DNA of 41,083 bases from Octopus bimaculoides (GCF_001194135.2 NC_068983.1:10862435-10903517), one strand, 5' to 3'; shown: positions 22,081 through 33,394, numbered from the stretch's first letter. The notes: a model not told the origin generated them from the letters alone. Translations and numbers: made by a program.

Positions 22081-22914
22081 ACATATATATAAAGATATAC
22101 CTTATTTGGTAGCATAAAAGACATACAAACATATCAGACACATTTCAATTTTAACAGCACATATTCAGTAAAAAGACTGTTTTTAGAACATCAAAGCATG
22201 TAACATAAGACTATCTTCATATATGGAACCTAGGGTGGTTGTTCTGAGACATTTAAAAAATAAGTGCATGCTGTATGTCATCAAATATGGTATATTGTTT
22301 TTTGTATCTCCAAATTTTATCCTGAGAAAGAAGATCAGAGGTCATAGCTTTTGCTGGTCCTTCTAGGAGGTTGAATCTAATGTGGTTTATTCAGGTTGAA
22401 TTACTGAACACTTATGGCAGTGAAGAAATTCCTGGGGAGTTGCAGTCAAGGTTAAATTAAAAACCAACTGATACCTTAAGCATAGCCCAACAATGGTTCC
22501 TTTTTGACCCTTTTAGTGACATTAAGACATAATAGGAGCTGAATGAGAAATAATTAACTCCTCAATTTTCTTCCAGGCAAGACTCCACATCTATATTAAA
22601 TATAAGCTGCTTTTCACTTTCATTTATTTGACACTAAATACCAGTAAGCAAAATATTTATTTATAACTAGTGCAAAAGGAAAAAAGGCAAATTTTTAACA
22701 TATTTTCATGAAAAAAACAAACAAACCCAGTTGTAAGGGAAAAATGCAAGCACAAATATTTATTGAAAACAACTCTTTTTACAGAACTCAATATTGGTGA
22801 TATACTTCTGGAAAAGAAATTCTACCGAAAAAGTAATATTTGTACAGAACAAAACATTTTTTATTCAGTTGGTTTCTAACCTTGAAGATATGTTGCTTTC
22901 AAATGTACATGGAC

Positions 22915-23053
22915 ACATCATTATCATCATCATTTAATGTCTGTTGTCCATGCTGGCATGGGTTGGACGGTTTGACCCGGGTTAGCAAGCTGGAAGGCTG
23001 CACCAGGCTCCAATCTGATTTGGCATGGTTTCTACGGCTGGATGCCCTTCCTA
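22915..23053 (-). mobile_element. RTE-type 3' tail (family B-related)
   Basis: catcatcatttaatgtc..ccatgctggcatgggttggacg...ggatgcccttccta. Confidence 0.8.
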
Positions 23054-23170
23054 CTGGTTGGTCTAGGGCTATAGCAAAAGACACTTGTCCAAGGTGCTGA
23101 GCAGTGGGGCTGAACTCAAACTTACCTGGTTGAGAAGTTCACTTCTCAACTATGTAACTATGCTGCTTAT
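23054..23170 (-). mobile_element. Diverged family A head, fused directly to the RTE tail
   Basis: ggttggtctagggctatagcaaaagacacttgtccaaggtgc...ctgaactc. Confidence 0.7.
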
Positions 23171-24849
23171 TTGAAAAGCAAACACTTTAGCTCGGTACAT
23201 TTGTTCATAGTGGAAATACACTATAAGACGCTAAAGGAACTTTGGAATTACCTTGTATGTATGTGTGGGAAGAGAGAGAGAGAGGTTGTAAGAGGGGCAA
23301 AACGTAGTGTCTCTCAATATTTTAAACATCCCTCAATCATCAAAGACAGGTGACATGTTCTCGGGCTGGAACGAGGTATAAATGAGAAATATATTAAGGA
23401 AAACTGGTTAGAGAGAGAGAGAGAGAGAGAGAGAACAAGTGGAGTAGAAGGCCGAGGAATCAAGACAGAATAAATGGTGAGTACAGTAGGAGAAAAGAAA
23501 GTTAGATATGTATGCACTGGTAATGTGTTACAGGATTAAAGTTGAATGTTGACTAGGTAGATTCCTTGGAAGAGGACAATGAGAGAGAGATGATTTGACA
23601 TATGTAGTGTCAAGTTAAAATATAATGTTGCAGTGATGAAGTAAATACATGTAAGGAGCTAAAACTGTATTATTTAACAATAATAGAAAAGATAACGGAA
23701 AGAAGAGAAGTTTCTTAATAGAACTTGAATTTCTATAGAAAACTCCTTGAAAGAGTTTTCAAACTAAACGAGTGAACTTTCTCCGAAATGAGATTTGGTT
23801 GTTTAATTATGATATACCCTTTTCGTTTATTTAGGTACGTGCCCCGAAATGGTAATCTTTTAGCAATTTTCTTCTAATGTTTAATTGCTGCTTTTTTATT
23901 TCCGCCTTATTTGCATCGAATGAACACCCTTTAGAATGTAGTTAGACGTTTAAAGTCATTATATTAGAAACTTAATTTCTAATGTAACCTGTTGAAGTTG
24001 TAAAAAAATTCGGAGAATGATTTTAGAAATTGCTTCGAGTATAAATAACCACATCAAAAAAAAAAAAAAAAAATTTAAGTGTAGACTTTGATAAGATCAA
24101 AATGGTTTAATATTTTCAAAATGTTTAATATAAGTTCACAGGTATCATAGTACAATATACACTTGCAAATATTTTACTAAGTTGTGGTTTAAAACAATTG
24201 TATTTCTGTTCGAAGTTTTTCAATTAAATTAAATGACTCAGTTTGCAAATTTCTGGCTCGAGGTTGCTAGTCACATGAGGTCACTGAATGAGAATAAAAA
24301 AGCGAAAAATAAAAGTTTACCAATAGTCAACTAACTGACCCCTTAATTTTTTTTTTAAATATCTGTAAATTCTCCTTCTCCCCAACTTTTTTTTCTTACG
24401 TTGGAGTTGGCTAACAGGACCGTTTCTTGTGTAACCAAGAAATATCACTGAGAAATACAACAGATCCGTAAACGAAAAATAAAAAGTCACCAAGAAAGAT
24501 ATTGATTATAAAATTAATTAGGGAAAAGAAAAAGTAAAGATAAAAGAGTTGATGAGAGGATTTGAAAGAATAAAGGGACAAAATAAAGTTAAGAAAGAGA
24601 GAGAATTGGAGAAAGCAAAATTCTGAATGGCCAAAAGAGAGAAAGAACAATAAAGAATGTGAGAGAAAGGAATTATTAAAAAGGAAAAAAAAAAAGCCAG
24701 GGGAGATTGGAAACGATGGAGATAGTGAGAGGAATTTTTAAAAAAAAAAGACGAGCGTGTACGATAGGAAAAAAAAAGGAAAGAATAGACGACAGTAGTA
24801 AAGAAAGAGTAAGAGGAGAGAGAGAGGTAGAAAGAGTGAGAGTGGGAGC

Positions 24850-25204
24850 CAGAAAATGCCGACTATTTTGTTAGCGAGAAGCAGCACATGTTTATTCTGA
24901 GAACTATCACCTCAACGGTTGTGTAGGGCAAAACTTTCTTCTATCTCTCTTCTCGCATTCATATAACCGCAAATAGAGGAGGCGGCAGCAGCAGGAACAA
25001 CAATAACAACAACAACAGCATTAGTGGTTGGAGGCAAGGACGGAAAAAAAAAAAGTAGCGATTTTTTCCTCCTCCTCCCCTTATCTCACTCCATACAGTA
25101 TCATCTCCCCCACTGCAGTCAGCCCTGCACCCTCTCTAAGAATAGTTTTGTTTCTCCTGCCGGTCGGGCGTCACAGCACAAACGGCCAAGTTGTTACCCA
25201 CGGT
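24850..25204 (+). promoter_or_regulatory. Putative promoter and 5' UTR of the VGLL4-like gene
   Basis: Free of recognisable transposons, locally CpG-retaining, with a (GCA)/(ACA) simple repeat and no ATG in 24961-25204. The TSS is not determined. Confidence 0.55.
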
Positions 25205-25259
25205 ATGGAAACTCCTCTGGATGTTTTGTCACGGGCTGCCTCGCTAGTCGAAACAAATC
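25205..25259 (+). CDS. VGLL4: Vestigial-like 4 (VGLL4/Tgi-type TEAD cofactor), first coding exon, phase-1 end
   Basis: ATG in good context (ggtATGG) encodes METPLDVLSRAASLVETN. METPLDVLSRAASLV is the N-terminus I recognise from VGLL4. It is followed immediately by a consensus donor, C|GTAAGT. Confidence 0.88.
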
Positions 25260-25265
25260 GTAAGT
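25260..25265 (+). other. 5' splice donor of VGLL4 intron 1
   Basis: GTAAGT, a perfect consensus, directly after the conserved peptide. Confidence 0.85.
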
Positions 25266-26479
25266 ACTAACTTTCATGTTGACACGATTACACACACACA
25301 CCACCTTGTATGTTGATATTATATCTATTATAAACTCATTCAATAACTATACGTATGTTACATTATATGTACACTCGTTTAATCGCACTCTTTTGACCAA
25401 CAATCAATACCACGCATACTTTTTCCTTATTTGAATGTTCTTAAAGCAGTCCCCCACTGCTGATTTTCGATCGAAAAATCTTTATATATATATATATATA
25501 TATATAAAAAAACGACCTCGCGTGTTTTAAAGTTTGCCAGAGTTTACTAATTAATGTTTATGGTGAAATGAGTGTGGAATTTGACATTATATATATATTA
25601 TAGACATGACGAAGCGGGAATAACTTTATTTGGGGGTGGTTTTTCTACGAGATATTTACTTTGTTAAATTTAGTTTAACGATTATCATAAAACTTTAATA
25701 TGAAGCACACGTGTCATTTACCAAACATTTTACAATATCGATATAACTTTTCAAATATTTTTTCTCTTTCTTTCTCTACTTTTCTCTCTCTCTCTTTCCC
25801 TCACTCTCTCTCTCACACACACACATACACTATATATATACATATATATAATATAAATGTGGCGTTTTCACTTTAACTGTCGAGTTTTCAAAAATATTCG
25901 ACATTATATCTCTTTCCGCTATATTTACGTAACTTCGCCACTCATTCAGTCCAAGTCATCAAATAGTTTTCTATGTACACATTCCGTAGTGTTGATAGAG
26001 AGATATGTTTACTTCCGCCTCTTATGTTAATTTTTATTTTTCCTTCTTTCTTTCTCAACATTTTTTTGGGTTTTGATGATAACTAAGGGAGGAAAAAATT
26101 CTAAATAAATATACCGCGCGTGTTTAGTTGCTACATATTTGTGTATTTTTTTTTCTCACACAAACTTGTTTATTGCATGTGGTTGTTTCGTTTTCACCCC
26201 ACCCTCTCTTCTAACAATTGGGTCCTCCTCACACAAACATACTTAATATCGATTTTGTTTTTTAATAACACAAACTTTAATTATAAACATTTTAAATCGT
26301 CGTATTGTATGTATTTATGTGATAAAACGGAAACCTCGCTTTTACATGACTGTACAATGAAGTACTGTCATTTTTTAATTTTGTCATTGAAACTTCATTT
26401 TATATCGATTCAGTATCTTTTATTTTAATTTGGAAAGAGGTTGTAATATGAGAAAATAAACTTTTTACAAGTTGTCTTG

Positions 26480-26640
26480 CTCAAGATTAGTCCTAATCGA
26501 GTAAGATCTGTGATCAAAAGAATTTCAGCTGTGACCATCTCGATCAAAGTACATTTAAGAACACATTACTCAATGTCTCCTTTTTTTTGTTTAGATGATA
26601 GGGTGTGATTTGGAAGGAACTTGACTGCTGTAAGAATGAC
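26480..26640 (-). mobile_element. SINE-like family F fragment
   Basis: gatcaaaagaatttcagctgtgaccatctc and agggtgtgatttggaagg..tgactgct. Confidence 0.55.
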
Positions 26641-27344
26641 AATAAGGTGGCAGTAGTGATAAAGTTATGGGTAGACTTAACCATCTTTTCTTCCTGTCTG
26701 TTCTGTCACCACTTATTATTCCCCCACCCCCGCGTCACTGTTTTCTGATATACGGTGCTTCCACTACCGTCGTCACCTTGTATGTTAACTAAGACCGCTT
26801 CCACTCGCCAACATCTTTATATAACGGCTTTACCCTCCGCCACCGTCATCAACTGTGTCTTACCGAGCCAACCACCACCACCATCATCATGACCCGTTCT
26901 CTGTATTCTGCCTCACTCCAAGCTGCCGCTCTTGCATTCCTGTCATTACTCTGATTCCTCTGACTATACTAACATCATTTTGTGTCGTCGCTAACTTTTT
27001 CGAATCGATTTACATCCCTTGCATTCCCTTTTTCTCTCATTCTTTCTCCCTCTCACACTTATGCCTTCTTTTTGCCATATATTTCAAAATCTTTCTTCCT
27101 TTCCTTTCAACTCTCCCGTCGTCCCATTTTTATGTTAGTGGTTGTAACGAGTCTCTGGGTGCATTTGTGTATATGTACACACACACATATATATATATAA
27201 TTACACATGCACTCATATATTTGTGTGTGTTTTTGAGCTATGGTGGTGTGTGTTGAGCGAATGAAATTTGAAATGTTTCAGACGGAGCCCTTCATTAAAC
27301 ACATTTTCGACTGACTTCCACCCCGAAACAGCAAGAAAGCCCCT

Positions 27345-27820
27345 GGATGGTCGCTCGACCTGCTAGAAATAGATGCCAAACCTCCTTCAACTCTCTTTTC
27401 TCTTAAAAGGTAGTATAACTACAGAGTAGTGGTGGAGAAGAACGACTCGAAACTCTTCCAAAATAAAGGAAACAAAGTTGTAGGAGACCAAACTGTAGTT
27501 ATGCCAAAAAGGTGAAGGTCACATTAGATAATGTCCTAGATAATCAAAAACACTGAGATGGTCACAGCTGGACTGCTTTTGATTATAGGTCTGCTCGACT
27601 GCAGTTGACCCGGACAACACTAAGTGGTATATCTAAGAAGAATTTTGACACGTTCGCTCGACTTATTAGAAATCTCTCTCAATTTACTTCTTTGAAATAA
27701 AAATGAACACGTTAGATACTTGTATCTTTGATAGACACCGTTAAAAAGACGAAAATCATAGCTAGCTTGCCTCTCAGTTTAGATCTATTCGATCAGGGCT
27801 GACCTGGGTCTAAGCAGAAA
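27345..27820 (+). mobile_element. Two consecutive family F copies
   Basis: gtcgctcgacctgctagaaatag...ggtcacagctggactgcttttgattataggtctgctcg, then cgctcgacttattagaaat...gatcagggctgacctggg. Confidence 0.6.
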
Positions 27821-28726
27821 AAAAGAGTAACAAAAATCAAAATCATTGCTGCTATTTATTTAATCTTGGGATCAGTGAAAATACGACATTGTCAATCATT
27901 TTAGTTCTCTTGTGCAAGGTTCATTGTCCCGTATTTAAAGGATCGGTGAGTGGGTATATGCGATACTCTTACACAAATTTAGTCTGATCCTTTTTACTCT
28001 TTGTAACATTCCTCAGTCACATAAAGAATTATTACCTACTTTCCATACTTTAGGTCCAGCACGTGCCCCTCCCCCTCTTTCTGTTTTTCTGCTTTTCTGT
28101 CAAGCACGTGTCTCGCTATCTTTCTCTTTTCTCTCTCTCTCTCTCTTTCTTTCTCCCTCAACTTACCGAGTAAAACTTTTAAAGTTTATTCTTGTTTTTA
28201 GGAACTTTGTAAGAATAGACTATACTTGGTTCATACAACACACACATAAACACATACACGTGTGTGTGTGTGTGTGTGTGTGTTTTAAGGTTGAAAACAT
28301 CGGACATGAACTAGGAAAAGAAAACGACCCAATTAAAATGTCTGAATATTTATCAAAACAAGATACGACAGTAACTTCGAAGTTTGCAAGGTCGGCTTGT
28401 TAAACAGTTTAACAGAGCCAGCAAAACTTTGATATTATTGTTGTATATAGATTATCATCTCGAGGAGGTGTATTTTATCCAAATCTCTTTGTGAGTGAAA
28501 TTTCGTTGAGGAAACTGTGTGGAAGCCTGTCGGATGGACTATAATTTTAAAAAAATACAGCTATAGTGTCACTTTGATTTTTATTTGAGAATGTGTGCTA
28601 AAAGTGCACGTGTCTGTGAAATACTCAGCCTCTTGTGTGCTAGGTCAATGAGTATGTAATTCAGCTGATTGAACAACTGATATACTCATGTGTGCTTATG
28701 TAAATATACATCGTGTGTGTGTGTTT

Positions 28727-28777
28727 CAGATTGTCTGACGAAGTCAGCTGAGCCGAAACTTCGAAGTTACTTGTCTG
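28727..28777 (+). ncRNA. Candidate type-I minimal hammerhead ribozyme (Penelope-like-element type)
   Basis: CUGACGA (28735-41), A plus imperfect stem II, GAAA (28755-58), palindromic stem III ACU-UCGA-AGU, GUU site, and partial stem I (cagattgt / acttgtctg). Confidence 0.55.
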
Positions 28778-29349
28778 CCTTTTCCTTGTATGTGTTCACA
28801 CACATAACAAGAAAGAAAAGAGAGAGAGAGAGAAAAATAACTTGGCTTCTATTTTCATACAGTTTATTTAGGCTTATGTATTCTGTCACAAACTCTTTGT
28901 CTTAATCTAATTCCCTCTGCACCCCCCCTATATATATATATATATAAACAAACGTCTTTAATGTGTACAGTGAGGCTACATAATTTAAGGTTTGAAATCT
29001 TGATCCACTTAGTATTATTATGGAAATTCTTGACATATTTCTTTCTTCATTTAGTTCATTTAAACAGTACCCGCACGTTAACCACCACTTCCACTGATAT
29101 TTTCTTTTCTTTTGTTTCGTTAAATGGCACATTTCCATAGCATTCTTTAAAAATATACATGAACTCGAATTGAGGCGAGACACAGCTACAAACAACGAAG
29201 TAAAACTAATAATAATAAAATTTACCGGTTTGGTTCCGAACGATTTTATGATTTACTGAAAAAAAAATTAAAATGTATTGGGAACAAATTTCGTAATCGT
29301 TGTTATTGTTTAGGCCCCTCTTTAGTTCGTCAAGTGGACCATCACTAAG

Positions 29350-29770
29350 GCCCCTCTGCTCGATTCGGATAATGAGGTGTTTTCGTTGAGCTGCAGATCA
29401 TCCTGAATCAAACAGACCTCTTGATCAAAGCCGTTTTAGGAATTGACCCAGCCATCCTTTTTCTTTCTCTCTCACACCCAATTATGTTTCTAGTAATCCT
29501 TTGAGGAAGATTTAGCTGCTTGTTCTAGCACGTCGAACACGCTATTTAGAGGCTCCCTTAATAGTTTCTTATTTAGCCCCAAGTCAACTCTGATTGAGGA
29601 AGGATAATATAGATATTTCTAACCTTAACCATCCCCACATTATCCAATGTGTCGTTTTATTTATTTATATATAACTTATTTATTTATTTATTTATTGTAA
29701 GACAGTAGGTATAATTTGAGAAAGATTCCAGCTGCTGTTTTTAGCCAGTCGAATGACTATATAAAGAGCC
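29350..29770 (-). mobile_element. Two family F copies (decayed)
   Basis: atttagctgcttgttctagcacgtcgaac and ttccagctgctgtttttagccagtcgaatg are reverse complements of the family F motif. Confidence 0.55.
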
Positions 29771-30159
29771 TCTTGTTGGGTTTTTAAGTCTGGAAAAGTG
29801 TTTTGTTGGCACTCCGTGAGTTATAATCGAGGTGTGAGTTCAGAAAAAGTTTTGAAATTTTAGTTTCAAACCATTTCACAAAATTTCTGTTATTGCTTTA
29901 CTTTTTTGGGGAAAGTTTAAATATCACAACTGTCTCGTTCAAAAACAAAAAGTTAATTTGCTGCGAGGCACTTTTTGGACAGGACTTTTTTCATCGAGGA
30001 AAGATGAAAATGCCTTTTTCTCTTTGTCTTTTATTTGCGGTCATACTGGAACATTACGGTTTTTTTTTACGTCTAATACTTATATCTGTCTCTTGATTGC
30101 CGAACCGGCGAAAGTAAAGAATACGCACACTAAAGTATTTAGGGTTAGGGTTTTTGTTA

Positions 30160-30425
30160 CGCCTAAAACGGGTGGTGTATGTATTCTTTATCTCCGCTAA
30201 GCTACGGGGACGTAAAGAAACCAACACCGGTTGTCAAGCGGTGGAGGGGGACAGTCAGTCACACACACACACACGATAGTCTTCCTTCAATTTCTGTCTA
30301 ACAAATCCACTCATAAAGCCTGGAGTTTTCGTAGTAGACACTTGCTTAGGGTTCCATGCAGTGGGACTGAACTAGGGACCATTTAGTTGGGAAGCAAACT
30401 TCCTACCACATGTCACGCCAGTGCC
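30160..30425 (-). mobile_element. Diverged SINE family A
   Basis: gctaagctacggggacgtaaag..accggttgtcaagcg...aaatccactcataaagcc...ttcctaccaca. Confidence 0.75.
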
Positions 30426-30899
30426 TATGTTTATTATAAATTACGGTGTTTTTCTTTTTTCTCCGAATCGGCAATATCATTTACTTCACCAATGTCTCTA
30501 CAAAAAAGTAAATACATAAATAAACGATACAACATTCTAATTCATCTTTTATAAACTTTTGTCCAGCAAATCCAGGAACGGCGAACTTTGAATAGACTTG
30601 GCTAAAATTTGAGAAAGTGAAAGTGGTACGCTATACTCAAAGACAGCCAAGAAAATTTGACGTTAATAATGGTATTATTTAGTATTGATGACAAGGCAAT
30701 TTGCAATATTTTTCCACGGCTGGTTTGAATTCTTTCAGACATATATAAATTTATAGAAACATAAATATATCGTTGATTGGCTGTATTTAAAGAGTCCAGA
30801 TCAATTCAGATCCAGTGTGTATGTGTATGTGTGTATATATATGAATTATAATCTGAATATTAAATGTGTGAATAAAAAATTCATATTTTTATGTATATA

Positions 30900-30929
30900 T
30901 GAGCGTGGGGGTGTATGTATGTGTGTGTG

Positions 30930-30988
<59 letters not shown>

Positions 30989-31000
30989 GCATGCGCGCGT
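30900..31000. repeat. (GT)n/(TA)n/(CA)n compound microsatellite
   Basis: Direct inspection. Confidence 0.95.
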
Positions 31001-32288
31001 GTGAACTTGTGTATATACTTATCACATTCAGATCACCGCACATGTATATATATGTACCATTTCGAGTTTCTAAAAATAAATTTTTGCCCCAGCACTACCT
31101 CTTTGGTCCAACCACATTATCTCTCTCACTCCTCCTCCCTTCAGCTCTTTTTCCTCTAGAAAACTTTGGTATGTTCGGAATTTTTCAATGTCGATTGTTG
31201 GGTCTTGTAGAAACAGCCGTCCTTCAACTGCACGGTTGTTTCCTGTGTGGCTATCATAAAATAAACAATTTTCCCCCACTCTCTCCCTTGCGAACCCTTA
31301 CAGCAATTAGAAAACAATAGCATGTACAGGCACACTCACACGCACGCATGTACGCACGTACGTCCCATAATTGTCGCATACATAGATGCGTGTTATGTCT
31401 GTACGTATACACAAACCAAACACACGTACTGAAATTGCTAAGGTCATATGAAAAAATATAAAGATATATATAAAAATTCAAGTTATACACGCTTACAGAA
31501 GCCATGTATTGATACACTCACTAAAAACTGGTATGACCGCTTTTGCTATGACGTGAAAGTTCGAAGGTTTACAGATTGTAAGAAACACGCACACTGTGCT
31601 GGAGATATTGAGGAATTTGTTATACATATGTTTCATTTTCCCGCCTACTTTAAATGTTAAAGAAAACTTCAACAGCCACAAGAATTTCTTTTGACTAAGC
31701 ATATATTAATCCTATATACCATAGACGTAAAGTGTTGTCAATTGCTTGACTGGACGACCACCATTTATTACTGGTATTAATAATTTTGACTAAATTATAG
31801 CTAAATAACAAATTAATATGTCTATTAGCTCTTGACTACTGTCATTTTCACAGCCATCCTTTGGTAATTATTTGTTGCTATGCAACTCTGAAGTTTGTTT
31901 TAAAGAGATGAGAATAGGAAGTTGTGATGTTTATCCGTCTTGAGGCTACTCTCAGGAAAAATAAAAACACATCACAGACTGTTCTACAACATTCAACATA
32001 GAGATAACTGATTCTGAAAGAGATATGGTGCTCTTGGAAGGACTAGATATTAAGTGTTGAAACTTTTCCCCGCTAGAAGTGTAAAATAATTTTTTCTATC
32101 TGAAACTGAAATTATTCAAAAGATTTGACCTTGTTCACTACTAGTCTAAGTAACTTAGTATTTGTAAAAGAATAATATAGTCAACTGAATTGATATCATT
32201 TAAGTACTTGTTTTATCAACGTTGGCACCTAACCATGGTGCAATATGCAACTATAAAAATGTATGTACAAACAGTAAAAATACTGCTC

Positions 32289-32594
32289 ACCAACCACATG
32301 GTTCTGGGTTCAGTCCAACTGCGTGGCACCTTGGGCATGTGTCTTCTACTATAGCCTCGGGATGACTAAAGCCTTGTGAGTGGATTTGGTAGACGGAAAC
32401 TGAAAGAAGCCCGTCGTATATATGCATATGTATATATGTGTGTGTGTTTGTTTGTATGTCTGTGTTTGTCCCCCCAGCATCGCTTGACAACGAATGGTGG
32501 TGTGTTTATGTCCCCATAACTTAGCGGTTCAGCAAAAGATACCGATAGAATAAGTACTAGGCCTACAAAGAATAAGTCCTGGGGTCGATTTGCT
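32289..32594 (+). mobile_element. SINE family A (head and tail clipped), abutting a family D-like core
   Basis: Family A sequence up to ggggtcgatttgct. Confidence 0.85.
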
Positions 32595-32785
32595 AATGGT
32601 GCATGTGTCTGTGGAATACTCTGCCACTTATAAATTTAATGAGTATACAGTTTAGATGATTGAACAACTGAATGTTCATCGTTGAAACCAACAAAAAGAT
32701 CCATCACATTTATCAACCTTGGAATTATGAATCGCAAAACAGACCTTTGTGGAATTTGAGCTTAGAATATAAAAGAATGTAACTA

Positions 32786-33317
32786 TAGGGTGTCCCAAAA
32801 GTCACTGATGGGTTTTAATTTCTAATAACTTCCTTAACTCTACAAATAAATGCATGAAATTTTGCAACAATATAAAGGACATAATGGAAATTAATATGCA
32901 CCAGTCAAATTTTGCAACACCTCTATATCACATATGATAAATGACATCGCTAAAATGGCAGCCATTTTTGGCTTCGCATGCCCATGCTCTTTCCAAAACG
33001 TGCACCACCATAAGACCCTCAAGAGTTTCAGACCCCACTTCTCTGATTTCTCTATTGATGGTCTCCTTCATTTGCACCAGGGTCTCCAATTTGTTGACAT
33101 GCACTCTCTCTTTCAGGTATCCTCACAAGAAAAAATCCAGGCTAGTCAAGTCTGGGGAACATGAAGGCCATTCAAATTAGACATCACACATGGTTCCAAG
33201 AAGATGGGACAAACTGCTCATACTGCAAGAGAAACAATGCAGTTGCTATGGCAATGCTTTGGAGAGAGAATAATCTCCCACCACGGCAATGTCAACTGGC
33301 CTTCATGTTCCCCAGAC
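32786..33317. mobile_element. Tc1/mariner DD41D (rosa-type) transposon remnant with internal inversion
   Basis: TA plus TIR-like tagggtgtcccaaaa at 32784-32800. The minus strand reads WPSCSPDLTSLDFFL*GYLKERV...; the plus strand reads WFQEDG/TAHTARETMQLL..FGERIIS..GNVNWPSCSPD. The reconstructed D-to-D spacing is 41 residues. Confidence 0.8.
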
Positions 33318-33394
33318 ACCATGTTTGTACTGCAAGCTATTTACCCTGATACTTACTGTTTATGCTCTAGATATAATAATAATAACAGCTGAGA

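Noticed and set aside
22790-22840. Possible micro-exon reading LNIGDILLEKKFYRK
   Set aside because: Weak donor, no partner exons, peptide not recognised.
30139-30150. TTAGGG x2 telomere-like motif
   Set aside because: Only two units; expected by chance.
31499-31577. AG/GT-bounded candidate for VGLL4 exon 2
   Set aside because: In the phase required by exon 1 it hits TGA within five codons; no VGLL4 similarity.
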